A DNA stretch of 64,000 nt from an uncultured Collinsella sp. (GCA_902496275.1 CABVAC010000006.1:19891-83890), one strand, 5' to 3'; positions 1 through 10,022 are shown, counted from the first letter of the stretch. The notes: generated from the sequence alone by a model not told the origin. Numbers and translations: made by a program.

Positions 1-455
1 ACAAGGACGCGGGCGAGCGTCGCCTGGCGCCGTATCTGGCGGAGCTGCTCTACGACACCGCCCTGCATGCCCAGGTCGTAGCGCCCGAACGCTTAGGAGG
101 TGTGCTGTCCGGTGCGGATGCGGTGGTGTTTGTGCCTGCGACGGCGGCAGCGTTTCGGCGGCGTGGCTTTGATCATATGGAGGCCATTGCGCGCCCATTT
201 TGCGAGCTGTCGGGTGTTCCCCTGCTCGATGCCCTCGTCAAGTACGGGCATGGCGACCAGCGCGAACTCGGTCGTGAGGAGCGTCGCGAGCGTGCCCAAG
301 GCATGTACGAGACGGTTGAGGACGTGCACGGCCGCCGCCTACTGCTTATCGATGATGTCATTACCACGGGCGCGACCATGGCAGCAGCCTCGGCGGAGCT
401 CAAGCGTGCCGGCGCCGCAGCAGTCGATGGCCTTGCTATCGCACGTGTTTGGTAG
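1..455 (+). CDS. comF: ComF family amidophosphoribosyltransferase-like competence protein (5' end outside window)
   Basis: RRGFD motif and PRPP-binding motif LLLIDDVITTGAT; stop TAG at 453-455. Confidence 0.88.
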   Translation, partial: KDAGERRLAPYLAELLYDTALHAQVVAPERLGGVLSGADAVVFVPATAAAFRRRGFDHMEAIARPFCELSGVPLLDALVKYGHGDQRELGREERRERAQGMYETVEDVHGRRLLLIDDVITTGATMAAASAELKRAGAAAVDGLAIARVW

Positions 456-465
456 GGGTGGTTTT

Positions 466-1575
466 GTGGCAGTGAAGATTGAGCGGCGCAACGAGCCGAC
501 AGGCGAACAGCTAGCGGCTTCCGTAATCCTAACAGGCGCTTCAGCGCTGCGCATGATGCGCGCCGAGCGCCGGCAGATGGGCTATATCAGCTGGAAGGAC
601 CTTAATCCCGATGAAGAGCGCCGTGTGCTGCGCACGTCATCGCCCTCGACCGAGGATATCTATCTTCCTGACTTGGTGCGAATTGGAGCCAAAAGCGGCG
701 AGGTGCAAGAAGATCTGTGCTTGCTGGTGGGGTCTGCGGCGCAGCGCCGCCGCATGCCTGGCGTGGGCTGGTCCGTGTGTTCCGGGTTGCCTGCCGGCTC
801 GATTCTAGAGGTGGAACCGGGGGTGTACAGCCTATCTCCCGAGGCCCTTTGTGTTGCCGTTGCGCGCGAGGTCGGCTGCATCCAGGCGTTTGCCCTGGCC
901 CAGGAGCTGTGCTCTAAGATTTCACTGAGCGACCGCGGGAAGTATCTGCCTCCCTACACCTCGCCTGTTACGAATAAACTTGCAAAGGACAAGGACCAGC
1001 CAGCAGACGTGGGCTACTTTGAAGTCGAGCCGGCGCTGACGCCCGATCGCCTGGCAGATTACCTTGCGGCATGCAAGGGGAATGTGGCCAAACAGCTGCT
1101 GCGTCTGTGTCCCTACCTGTCAGAAAACCTGCTCTCGCCCATGGAGTGCATCATGCTTGCCCTGTTTTCGCTTCCGTTTTCCTATGGCGGGTTTGCCTGC
1201 GGACCTTTTAAGACCGACTACAAGATCGAGTTCGATGACCGTGCGCAGGCAATCTCGGGGATGCCCCATGCAGTTTGCGATGCGTACCAAGAGACAGCCC
1301 GGTTTGACCTGGAATACAACGGTGAGCTGGGCCATTCCTCTCGGAGGGGACGTATCCATGATGAAAAGCGCTACACGGGCTTGATTACTATGGGAATCGA
1401 GGTCGCGACGGTCAACAACGAAATGCTCTGCGACATGGAAGCGATGGAAGCGCTCGCATGGCGCATCCACCAGCGTATGCGAAAGCGGTACCGGAATCGT
1501 GTCGATGCCCGCAGGAAGAAGCAAGAGGCGTTGCTTAACACGCTGCGGGCGTGTTTTGGGCTTAAGCCGGTCTAA
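466..1575 (+). CDS. Hypothetical protein, AbiEi-like middle region plus restriction-endonuclease-like (DUF559-type) C-terminus
   Basis: GTG start after a GGGG-rich RBS; motifs SPEALC, SPMEC..LF.LP..YGG, CD...FDLEYNG..H, DEKR...L...GIEV..V recalled from actinobacterial AbiEi/DUF559-like proteins; function inferred. Confidence 0.6.
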   Translation: MAVKIERRNEPTGEQLAASVILTGASALRMMRAERRQMGYISWKDLNPDEERRVLRTSSPSTEDIYLPDLVRIGAKSGEVQEDLCLLVGSAAQRRRMPGVGWSVCSGLPAGSILEVEPGVYSLSPEALCVAVAREVGCIQAFALAQELCSKISLSDRGKYLPPYTSPVTNKLAKDKDQPADVGYFEVEPALTPDRLADYLAACKGNVAKQLLRLCPYLSENLLSPMECIMLALFSLPFSYGGFACGPFKTDYKIEFDDRAQAISGMPHAVCDAYQETARFDLEYNGELGHSSRRGRIHDEKRYTGLITMGIEVATVNNEMLCDMEAMEALAWRIHQRMRKRYRNRVDARRKKQEALLNTLRACFGLKPV

Positions 1576-1604
1576 TTCACGTCGAAAATAGGGGGTTAAT
1601 CATA

Positions 1605-1831
1605 TGCCCTGGCCAAAATATGGCAAATATGAGTACTGTCACTAAATCAGTAACAGCAAAATCAAGGAATTTAGGACTCGGAGGCGGCATAAAGTAAGAA
1701 GATAATAAACAAATGTGGAATAACTAAGCATCAGGTTGGCGACACTGAGCGCAAAATCTGTCCGAGAGGCCAAAATTGCCTGTTACTAAATTGGTGACAG
1801 TACTCATATTTGCCATTTTTTGGCCGGGGCA
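1605..1831. repeat. 52-bp imperfect inverted repeat with AT-rich spacer (MITE-like)
   Basis: 1605-1656 matches the reverse complement of 1780-1831 at 47/52 positions. Confidence 0.85.
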
Positions 1832-1970
1832 CCCCAAGAAGGGTGCCCCGGAGCTCCCCGTAGGGGAGCTCCGGGCTTCACGGGGGCACGAATAGCCCAC
1901 TCCGACCTGCGAAATCTGTACTCGCGATGCGAATGACGCCCCTAACCTTAAACTTTAGCTTGAACTTAGC

Positions 1971-1976
1971 TATAAT
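1971..1976 (+). promoter_or_regulatory. -10 box for the raiA-motif RNA
   Basis: Perfect TATAAT ending 7 nt before the 5' strand of the RNA terminal helix. Confidence 0.7.
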
Positions 1977-1983
1977 GCGCTAC

Positions 1984-2248
1984 GTTCCTACCAGGCTGTG
2001 GTTGCGGACGGACGAAATGCCCGTCCTAGTCCAAGACAGACGCGGTCAAAGGGATCCACGTAAGCGACCGCGTGCGCGCGGCGCGATCATGGCGCGTCCT
2101 AGATGTAAGCCGCACCGTCCGTTCTACTTTCTTTGGGGCAATACCGCCTCGCGGGCGAGCGGGCCAGTCGTGAAGGTGGCTGCGGCCTCCCGAGCAAACA
2201 CCCCGGTGCGCAAGTGTGGGGTCAAATACCAGGTCAGCTGGTGGGAAC
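1984..2248 (+). ncRNA. raiA motif RNA (large structured ncRNA)
   Basis: Terminal helix GTTCCTACCAG (1984-1994)/CTGGTGGGAAC (2238-2248); conserved blocks TGTGGTTG, GATCCACGTAAG (2053-2064), CATGGCGCG..CTAGATGTAAG, AGTGTGGGGTCAAATACCAGGTCA (2213-2236); comF upstream and hpf/raiA downstream. Confidence 0.88.
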
Positions 2249-2307
2249 AATCTGATATTCCGCGCAACGCACGGATCGTATACGACACAGAAGGCAGGGT
2301 AGTGGAC

Positions 2308-3333
2308 ATGGTGAGGGGCAGCTTGATGCACGCGGCTCGGTTAGGTGCTGGGACCGCAGCGGTCATCGCCGTTTTGGGCCTGAGCGGATGCGCGTTCAAC
2401 CCGCTGTCTACGTTCACGACTCCCACGATCGACCAGATCGAGTACGAGACCGTCACGCCCGCGGTGTCGGATGATGCCCTGGTCACCCCCGGTACCCTGA
2501 CGGTTGCCCTCGATACCTCCGATGCGCCGCAGGCCATGCAGGGCGCTGACGGCGAGCTCACGGGGTATGCAGTCGACGCTGCCCGCGCCCTCGCAAGCCG
2601 CATGGGCCTTAAGGTCGCCTTTGTCGATGCGTCCTCGGCAGGTTCCGCGCTCGGTGACAAAAAGGCTGATATCTTTATCGGCGAGATCAACTCCACGGAT
2701 GGGGACGTTAGCTCGCTCGGCACCTGCCTGTACGATGCCGCTTCCGTGTTCGGTAAAACCAGCGATGGTGGGTCGCTGAGCGTTTCCACCGATACCCTTA
2801 ACACGTCTACTCTGGGTATCCAGATGTCCTCGGCCTCGCAGGAGGCGCTTGCTAAGCAGAGCATCACCGCCAACCAAAAGACTTACTCCAACATCAACGA
2901 GTGCTTTGAGGCGCTCGAGTCCGGCGAGGTCGACTATGTGATCTGCGACTCCACGGCTGGCGGTTACCTTGCGCGCCTGATGAGCGAGATCTCCTATGTC
3001 GGTGCGCTCGAGGCGCCCTCGACGCTTGGTGTTGCAGGCCTTTCGTCCAATGACGAACTGTGTCGTGCCGTGAGCGATGCCCTCGACGGTATTACGGCCG
3101 ACGGCACGCTCGAGGCGGTCCACTGCGTCTGGTACGGCACGATGCCCTACGACCTCACCACTAAGACGGTTTCGGGCGCTAACGTGCAGCCGGGCGACTC
3201 TGAGTCCAGCGAGACCACATCCTCCGGCAGCGAGTCCTCCGATTCCAACAATGAGACCGCATCCTCCGAAGACAAATCGTCCAGCCAGGAAGACACCATC
3301 ACCGACGACGACATTAACAAGCTTAATAGCTAG
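2308..3333 (+). CDS. Lipoprotein ABC-type (amino-acid family 3) substrate-binding protein
   Basis: Lipobox LGLSGC; GTLTVA...P, G..VD.A..LA..MGL motifs; Ser/Glu-rich tail. The ORF-track extension to 1927 overlaps the ncRNA and was not used. Confidence 0.8.
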   Translation: MVRGSLMHAARLGAGTAAVIAVLGLSGCAFNPLSTFTTPTIDQIEYETVTPAVSDDALVTPGTLTVALDTSDAPQAMQGADGELTGYAVDAARALASRMGLKVAFVDASSAGSALGDKKADIFIGEINSTDGDVSSLGTCLYDAASVFGKTSDGGSLSVSTDTLNTSTLGIQMSSASQEALAKQSITANQKTYSNINECFEALESGEVDYVICDSTAGGYLARLMSEISYVGALEAPSTLGVAGLSSNDELCRAVSDALDGITADGTLEAVHCVWYGTMPYDLTTKTVSGANVQPGDSESSETTSSGSESSDSNNETASSEDKSSSQEDTITDDDINKLNS

Positions 3334-3399
3334 TTATTGCTAGGGGTGGTGTCTCCTATACGTTGGAAAGGACACCTCTTCACGGTTTCAACACGCATT

Positions 3400-3433
3400 G
3401 CCGGGCTTTCCCAACAGGGGAGCCCGGCTTTTT
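3400..3433 (+). terminator. Rho-independent terminator
   Basis: GCCGGGCTTTCCC/GGGGAGCCCGGC stem followed by a T run. Confidence 0.7.
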
Positions 3434-3650
3434 CGTTTCCATAAAACCAGCAGGTCAAAGACATTTTTTAGGTGCAAAACTTAAGTCGCCGTCGCCCTCC
3501 TATAGCGCACTTTGCCACAGAAAAGTGCGAGACTTCGGTATGCGGTACCAAGCAATCGTTATTCGGGTCTTTGGGAATCCGCGTGATTAAATGCACGGCA
3601 ATGGGTACATAGCCAGTACAGTAAGTCCCCGAGGCAGATTGGAGCCACGT

Positions 3651-4235
3651 ATGGATATCAAGGTTTCTGGACGCAAGACGACGGTAACCGATGCTCTGCG
3701 TGCGCATGTGGATGAGAAGATCGGCGAGGCGCTCAAGGTTTTCGATATCGAGCCCATGACGGTCGACGTTGTACTTCGATATGAGAAGAACCCCTCGAAC
3801 CCCAACCCGGCAATCGTCGAGGTTACGGTTCGTGCCCGCGGTTCGGTGATTCGCGTTGCCGAGCACGGCGCAGATATGTACGCCGCCATCGACCTCTCCG
3901 CCGATAAGGTCACCCGCCAGCTGCGCAAGTTCAAGACCAAGGTCGTGGACAACCGCCAGGGCGGTGCCAGCGCAGCGGATGTCGCACCGGTCGAGCGCGT
4001 CGAGGATCTGGCCGACCTGCTGCTGCCCGAGGAGGAGGACGACCTGCTCGTCCGCGAGAAGGTCATCGATGTCACCCCGATGACTGAGGAGCAGGCGCTG
4101 GTGCAGACCGATCTGCTCGGCCACGACTTCTACGTGTTCGAGAACGCGACGACTGGCCTCATCAATGTGGTGTATCACCGTAAGAATGGTGGATATGGCA
4201 TCATCAAGCCCCGCATCGAAACGCTTGACGAGTAA
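3651..4235 (+). CDS. hpf: Ribosome hibernation promoting factor (long HPF/RaiA)
   Basis: GGAG RBS; DMYAAID...DK..RQLRK.K and PMTEEQA....LLGHDFYVF...YHRK.G.YG motifs. Confidence 0.95.
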   Translation: MDIKVSGRKTTVTDALRAHVDEKIGEALKVFDIEPMTVDVVLRYEKNPSNPNPAIVEVTVRARGSVIRVAEHGADMYAAIDLSADKVTRQLRKFKTKVVDNRQGGASAADVAPVERVEDLADLLLPEEEDDLLVREKVIDVTPMTEEQALVQTDLLGHDFYVFENATTGLINVVYHRKNGGYGIIKPRIETLDE

Positions 4236-4264
4236 AATACGTTAACTTGCATGAGTTAACGGCC

Positions 4265-4297
4265 GGCGGTCATCCCATGCGGATGGCCGCCTTTTTT
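4265..4297 (+). terminator. Rho-independent terminator after hpf
   Basis: GGCGGTCATCC/GGATGGCCGCC stem plus T6. Confidence 0.7.
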
Positions 4298-4315
4298 ACG
4301 TAAGGAGTCGCTTTG

Positions 4316-5269
4316 ATGGACAAGGCTGCATCTACCGGCCATTCTGACCGCTGCCGCATCGTCGTCGATACCTGCTGCGACTTTAGCCCCGAGGTCGCCG
4401 CGAACCTCGATGTCGATATCTTGGGCTTCCCCTTCATTATCGATGGCGAGGAGCGCACGGACGATATCTGGTCGAGCATGAGCCCTAAGGAGTTCTACGA
4501 CCGCATGCGCGCCGGCGCTCGCGTGTCTACCTCCGCCGTGTCGCTCGGTCGCTATATCGAGTTCTTTACCGAGTGCGCCAAAGAGGGCACGCCCACGGTC
4601 TACCTGTGCTTTACCTCGGCGCTGTCGTCGAGCTACAACTCCGCGTGCCAGGCGGCAGATGCCGTGCGCGCCGAGTATCCCAACTTTGAGCTCTATGTGG
4701 TCGACAACGCTCTACCCTGTGCGACCGGCGCGCTCTTGGCGCTCGAGGCCGTGCGCCAGCGTTCGGCGGGGCTGACCGCCAAGCAACTGGTCGATTGGGC
4801 AAACGAGGCGAAGACCTACGTCCACGGCTACTTTACGCTCGAGAGCTTTGACGCGCTGGCTGCCGGCGGCCGCATTCCGCCCGCGGCGGCGCAGCTCACG
4901 GCAAAGCTCGATGTCAAGCCCGAGCTCTCCTACGACCTTGCCGGCTCGCTGTCGCTGATCGGCGTCAACCGCGGCCGCAAGAAGGCGCTCAAGTCCATCC
5001 TCAAGTCGTTCCGCGAGAACTACGTGCCCGACCGCACCATGCCCATCGCCATCATGACGGCCGATGCCGAAAAGGACGGTGACTGGCTCGAAGCCGCCAT
5101 CCGCAAGGAGGAGGGCTGCGCCGACGTCACGATCATTCGCAGCTCCGTGGGTCCCACCATTGGCTCGCACGTGGGCCCCGGCATGGTGGCCTGCGCGTTT
5201 TGGGGCAAGAACCGTGCCGAGAAAGCCTCGCTTTCCGACCGCATCGCGCGCCGCGTGCGTGGCGAGTAG
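4316..5269 (+). CDS. DegV family fatty-acid-binding protein (FakB-like)
   Basis: IVVDT.CD, STSA, SALSSSY, LDVKP and IGSHVGPG motifs. Confidence 0.9.
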   Translation: MDKAASTGHSDRCRIVVDTCCDFSPEVAANLDVDILGFPFIIDGEERTDDIWSSMSPKEFYDRMRAGARVSTSAVSLGRYIEFFTECAKEGTPTVYLCFTSALSSSYNSACQAADAVRAEYPNFELYVVDNALPCATGALLALEAVRQRSAGLTAKQLVDWANEAKTYVHGYFTLESFDALAAGGRIPPAAAQLTAKLDVKPELSYDLAGSLSLIGVNRGRKKALKSILKSFRENYVPDRTMPIAIMTADAEKDGDWLEAAIRKEEGCADVTIIRSSVGPTIGSHVGPGMVACAFWGKNRAEKASLSDRIARRVRGE

Positions 5270-5367
5270 ACAGGCGCTGCGGCTGCAAGCGCCCTCAAGT
5301 CACGGCCGAAACGCTGGCACCGAGTATTTAACCTGGTAACAACACCCAACCCAAAAGGAAAGGTTTC

Positions 5368-6447
5368 ATGGCAAACAAGCTCTCCGTCGCATTTATCGGC
5401 ACCGGAATCATGGGTGCCCCCATCGCCGGTCACATCCTGGACGCCGGCTATCCTGTCACGGTCAACAACCGCACCAAGTCCAAGGCTGCCGCGCTTATCG
5501 AGCGCGGTGCCGTCTGGGCCGAAACGCCGGCCGACGCTGTGGCGAACGCCGATGTCGTCTTTACCATGGTGGGTTATCCCTCCGAGGTCGAGGAACTCTA
5601 CCTGGCGGGCGACGGCCTGCTCGCGTGCACTAAGCCGGGCGCGGTCTTGATCGACCTCACTACGAGCTCGCCCGAGCTCGCCCGTGACATTGCCGAGGCC
5701 GCCCAGGTTTCTGGTCGCATGGCGTTTGACTGCCCCGTCACCGGCGGCGAGTCGGGTGCTATCGCCGGCACGCTCACGGCTATCGTGGGCGCTACCGAGA
5801 ACGACATCGCCCCGGTCCGCGACATCCTTTCCACCTTTGCGGCCAACATTTGCTGCTTCGATGGCGCCGGCAAGGGCCAGGCTGCCAAGCTCGCCAACCA
5901 GGTGTCGCTGGGCGCCTGCATGGTCGGCATGGCAGACGCCATGGCATTTGCCGAGTTGAGCGGCCTTGACCTGGAGAAGACCCGCCAGATGATCCTGGGC
6001 GGTACCGGCAAGTCCGGCGCCATGGAGAGCCTGGCGCCCAAGGCGCTCGACGGCGACTACAAGCCCGGTTTTATGGTCGAGCACTTCATTAAGGACCTGC
6101 GCTTGGCGCTCGCCTATGCCGACGACCGTGAGCTTGCGCTGCCCGGCGCCGACGTGGCCTTTACGCTTTACGACATGCTCGATGCCATCGGTGGCGCCAA
6201 GCTGGGCACCCAGGCCGTCACGGTCCTCTATAAGGAGGAGGCCGATGCCATCGCCGCCGGTCTGGACTGGTCGCAGTATCGTCCCGAGGAGCACGGTGCT
6301 CACGAGGAAGGCTGCGGTTGCGGCGAGCGTGGCGACGACCACGAGTGCGGTTGTGGACACCACCATGGCGAGGACCACGAGTGCTGCGGCGGTCACGGTC
6401 ATGACGACGGCCACGAGTGCTGCTGCGGCCACCATCACGGGGAGTAG
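5368..6447 (+). CDS. NAD(P)-dependent beta-hydroxyacid dehydrogenase (3-hydroxyisobutyrate DH family) with His/Cys-rich tail
   Basis: FIGTGIMG, DCPVTGG, GQAAKLANQ and KDL motifs. Confidence 0.88.
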   Translation: MANKLSVAFIGTGIMGAPIAGHILDAGYPVTVNNRTKSKAAALIERGAVWAETPADAVANADVVFTMVGYPSEVEELYLAGDGLLACTKPGAVLIDLTTSSPELARDIAEAAQVSGRMAFDCPVTGGESGAIAGTLTAIVGATENDIAPVRDILSTFAANICCFDGAGKGQAAKLANQVSLGACMVGMADAMAFAELSGLDLEKTRQMILGGTGKSGAMESLAPKALDGDYKPGFMVEHFIKDLRLALAYADDRELALPGADVAFTLYDMLDAIGGAKLGTQAVTVLYKEEADAIAAGLDWSQYRPEEHGAHEEGCGCGERGDDHECGCGHHHGEDHECCGGHGHDDGHECCCGHHHGE

Positions 6448-6452
6448 CGCCT

Positions 6453-6881
6453 ATGAGCTTGACGTTCGTGGTGCTTGCGCTGGTGCTCTTTCTCTTTGCG
6501 ATCTACATCGGCTTTTTGTGCGGCCAGTGGGCGTGCGAAAAGCGCGTCATCACCAAGCGCGACTACTGGATTGCCAACTTTGCGGGAGCTGCGGCAGTCG
6601 TCCTGCTGACCTGGGTGTTCTCGCTGTTCCCGCTGGTGCAGTTTGCGCCGATCGGCTGGCTCGGCGGCTTTATCGCCGGCCTTAAGATGAGCTTTGGCGA
6701 GTCCGTCGGTCCGTGGCGCAAGCACGACGAGGTCTTTAACGTCAACAAGGCACACCGCGCCGCCGCCGACGCGGGCGATGCCGAGGAACGCCGCCGTGCG
6801 CGTCGTAATGGCGCTGCCGACCGACAGCTCATCTCGGTCACCGATGACAGCAAGGGTGCTGGCAAGCACGCTAAGAAATAG
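6453..6881 (+). CDS. Hypothetical membrane protein
   Basis: Three hydrophobic segments; lies within an operon-like gene run. Confidence 0.7.
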   Translation: MSLTFVVLALVLFLFAIYIGFLCGQWACEKRVITKRDYWIANFAGAAAVVLLTWVFSLFPLVQFAPIGWLGGFIAGLKMSFGESVGPWRKHDEVFNVNKAHRAAADAGDAEERRRARRNGAADRQLISVTDDSKGAGKHAKK

Positions 6882-6896
6882 TAAAAAGAGGTAACT

Positions 6897-7595
6897 ATGG
6901 CAGAAAACAAAGACGAACAGCTCACCGACGAGGAGCTGGCACAGCTTCAGCTGGCAGAGGAGAACGAGAATGCCGTCGACCGCCTGGTCCAGGAGCTCGG
7001 CTGCCCCACGCGCCGTATCCGCCAGTTTGCCGCCCGCGTGCTGCACCTGCTTGCCGAGCGCGATCCGCAGCGCGTGGTGCCCTGCGTGCCCGCGCTGATC
7101 GAGGCGCTCGACCGCCCCGAGGCTCAGACCCGCTGGGAGGCCCTCGATGCCCTGACGGCGCTCGCCACCACCTGCCCCGAGCAGCTGGGCGATGCCTTTG
7201 AGGGCGCCGAGACCGCACTGTTCGACGAGATTTCCTCCACGCTGCGCTATGCCGCCTTCCGCCTGCTGTGCGTGTGGGGCGCCACGAGTGCTGAGCGTTC
7301 ACGCGAGGCTTGGCCCATCCTAGACGAGGCCATCCAGTGCTACCACGGCGACCTTGAGTATCGCGATATGCTCGGTTGCCTGTACGAGTTTGGCCAGGGC
7401 GAGATCGACGCCGAGGTCGCCGAGAAGCTTGCGCTGCGCCTTAAGTTCGACGCCGAGAACGGCAAGGGCAGCTATCTCAAGGCCCGTTCGAGCGAGATTT
7501 GCGAAATGCTTGTTAAACGTTTTGGCCTGGATCTCTCCAAAAAGAAGAAGCGTGCTAGCGTAAAAAAATCTGACGACGCCGAAGACGAGGAGTAA
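6897..7595 (+). CDS. HEAT-repeat-like hypothetical protein
   Basis: VPALIEALD.PE.QTRWEAL..L helical repeat; GAGG RBS. Confidence 0.7.
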   Translation: MAENKDEQLTDEELAQLQLAEENENAVDRLVQELGCPTRRIRQFAARVLHLLAERDPQRVVPCVPALIEALDRPEAQTRWEALDALTALATTCPEQLGDAFEGAETALFDEISSTLRYAAFRLLCVWGATSAERSREAWPILDEAIQCYHGDLEYRDMLGCLYEFGQGEIDAEVAEKLALRLKFDAENGKGSYLKARSSEICEMLVKRFGLDLSKKKKRASVKKSDDAEDEE

Positions 7596-7601
7596 CAGAT
7601 T

Positions 7602-8687
7602 ATGGCGCACGATGTAGTCCTGATTCCCGGTGACGGTATCGGTCCCGAGATTACGCAGGCCATGCGCCGCGTGGTCGAGGCCACCGGTGTCCAGATCAAC
7701 TGGAACGTCCAGGAGGCAGGTGCCGGCGTCATGGACGAGTTTGGCACGCCGCTGCCCCAGCACGTGCTCGATGCGGTCGCCGAGACCAAGGTTGCCATCA
7801 AGGGCCCCATCACCACGCCGGTCGGCACGGGTTTCCGCAGCGTTAACGTGGCCCTGCGCAAGCACTTCGACCTGTACGCCTGCGTGCGCCCCTGCCTGTC
7901 GCAGCCGGGCGACGGCTCGCGCTTCCGCGACGTCGACCTGGTCATCGTGCGTGAGAACACCGAGGACCTCTACGCCGGGATCGAGTTCGATGAGGGCGCT
8001 GCCGAGGTCGAGGAGCTCTCACAGCTTGTCGAGCGCTCGGGTCAGAAGACCTTCGCCGCCGATTCCGCCATCTCAATTAAGCCCATCTCCATCGCCAAGA
8101 GCCGCCGCATTGTGGAGTACGCCTTTGAGTACGCCCGCCGCTGCGGCCGTAAAAAGGTGACGGCCGTGCACAAGGCCAACATTATGAAGGCGACCGATGG
8201 CCTGTTCCTGCGCGTTGCGCGCGAGGTGGCCGCCAACTATCCCGATATTGAGTTCAACGACAAGATCGTCGACGCCACCTGCATGGGCCTGGTCCAGAAC
8301 CCCAACGACTTCGATGTCCTGGTGCTGCCCAACCTGTACGGCGATATCGTCAGCGACCTGTGCGCCGGCCTGGTAGGTGGCCTGGGTATGGCCCCCGGCT
8401 CCAACATCGGTGCCGACTGCGCCATCTTCGAGGCAACGCATGGCTCCGCGCCCGATATCGCTGGCCAGGATATCGCCAACCCCACGGCCGAGATTCTGTC
8501 TGCGGCTATGATGCTCGATCATCTGGGCGAGAACGATGCGGCCAATCGTATCCGCGCCGCCGTGTCCGCCACGCTCGACGAGGGTAAGCAGGTTACCGGC
8601 GACGTACGTCGTGCCCAGACCGGCTCCGTCGAGGGCGCCGTGGGCACGCAGGCCTTTGCCGATGCCGTTATCGCGCACCTGGCCTAA
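7602..8687 (+). CDS. Isocitrate/isopropylmalate dehydrogenase family protein (likely NAD-dependent IDH)
   Basis: [30 protein letters not shown] and [13 protein letters not shown] motifs. Confidence 0.9.
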   Translation: MAHDVVLIPGDGIGPEITQAMRRVVEATGVQINWNVQEAGAGVMDEFGTPLPQHVLDAVAETKVAIKGPITTPVGTGFRSVNVALRKHFDLYACVRPCLSQPGDGSRFRDVDLVIVRENTEDLYAGIEFDEGAAEVEELSQLVERSGQKTFAADSAISIKPISIAKSRRIVEYAFEYARRCGRKKVTAVHKANIMKATDGLFLRVAREVAANYPDIEFNDKIVDATCMGLVQNPNDFDVLVLPNLYGDIVSDLCAGLVGGLGMAPGSNIGADCAIFEATHGSAPDIAGQDIANPTAEILSAAMMLDHLGENDAANRIRAAVSATLDEGKQVTGDVRRAQTGSVEGAVGTQAFADAVIAHLA

Positions 8688-8813
8688 GACATGCAGGCTG
8701 CAAACGCCTAAATAGTACTTAAGTGTTTGCGTATAACCTAAGAATCAATACGCCCGGCACTCTGTCGGGCGTATTCTATTGAAGACTATGTTTCCTAACA
8801 AGGAGTAACTGAT

Positions 8814-9908
8814 ATGGGTCTGATTCAAAAGAAGGACGAGAAGGACGAGATCGACGGCATCCAGATCATCGAGCGCGGCGAAGGCCCCGACGGTGACGAG
8901 GACGAGAAGATCGATCTGGTCGCCGGTACGTCTGCCGAGCACATTGCCGCCGGCACGACGGCCGAGGAGGAGGACGCCCGATTGGAGGCTCAGATTGCCG
9001 CGGATGCCGCTGACGAGAATCTGATGCCCGAGGCCCAGGATGAGGACGACGATATTCTGGGTTCCGATGAAGACGACCATGCATCCAGGCACAAGAAGAC
9101 GATGATTGCCGCCTTTGTGGTTGCCGTCGTGATCGCCGCCGTGGTCGGCTTCTTTATTGGCAATGGCGGCTTTGGCGGCAAGGGTGTCGGCTCGTCGACC
9201 CTGACCGAGGACCAGCTCGATTCGACCGTGGCAAGCTATAGCTACAACGGCAAGAAGAGCGACATCACCGCGCGCGAGGCCATCGAGAGCCAGTACAGCC
9301 TCGACACCGTCAAGGATAGCGATGGCAACTACACCGCTCCTTCTGCCGACGTCATCCTGTCCTACGTGCGCAACAAGATCCTGCTCGACGCTGCCGAGGA
9401 CGAGGGCATTACCGTCTCCTCTAAGGAGATGAAGCAGTACGCCGAGGAATCCATCGGCACTTCGGACTACAAGACCATGGCCACGCAGTATGGCGTGTCC
9501 AAGGACCAGGCCAAGCAGATCGTCCGCCAGTCCGCGACGCTGCAGAAGCTCTACAAGAAGAAGGTGGGCGATAGCTCCGCAAGCATGCCGACCGCTCCGA
9601 CCGAGCCTTCTGACGGCAATGAGGACACCGCGAGCAAGGATTACGCCGACTACATCATCAACCTTGCCGGCGACGAGTGGGATAGCTCGAAGGGTACCTG
9701 GAAGGACGAGAACGGCACCTACGCTAAGGCCTTTGCCGACGATGCCTTTACGGCCGATAGCGCCACCTATAAGCAGGCCATGACCGCCTACTACACTGCT
9801 TACCAGCAGTACTCTTCGCAGGCTTCGAGCGCCAGCTCCAAGTGGACCGAGTATGCTAACGGCCTCTACGCCAAGGCCAACATCAGCATCTACGGCCTGT
9901 TTGCGTAA
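8814..9908 (+). CDS. Membrane-anchored exported protein, SurA-N/PrsA-like
   Basis: Acidic N-terminus, single TM, and an ILLDAAEDEGITVS segment resembling SurA N-terminal domains. Confidence 0.55.
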   Translation: MGLIQKKDEKDEIDGIQIIERGEGPDGDEDEKIDLVAGTSAEHIAAGTTAEEEDARLEAQIAADAADENLMPEAQDEDDDILGSDEDDHASRHKKTMIAAFVVAVVIAAVVGFFIGNGGFGGKGVGSSTLTEDQLDSTVASYSYNGKKSDITAREAIESQYSLDTVKDSDGNYTAPSADVILSYVRNKILLDAAEDEGITVSSKEMKQYAEESIGTSDYKTMATQYGVSKDQAKQIVRQSATLQKLYKKKVGDSSASMPTAPTEPSDGNEDTASKDYADYIINLAGDEWDSSKGTWKDENGTYAKAFADDAFTADSATYKQAMTAYYTAYQQYSSQASSASSKWTEYANGLYAKANISIYGLFA

Positions 9909-10022
9909 AGAGTCGCACGGCTCATCGAGCATCTAGCCGATAGACAGCAGAAAGTCCGCCAGTACGGAAGTCGTTCTGGCGGACTTTTTGCGTTGAGGGC
10001 GTGATTGGCGGCTTAATTATGG

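Noticed and set aside
100..465. N-terminal extension of the 491-aa ORF
   Set aside because: Overlaps comF in another frame; the plausible start is GTG 466
1927..2307. N-terminal extension of the SBP ORF in the ORF track
   Set aside because: Overlaps the promoter and raiA RNA; the signal peptide/lipobox begins only after about 2308
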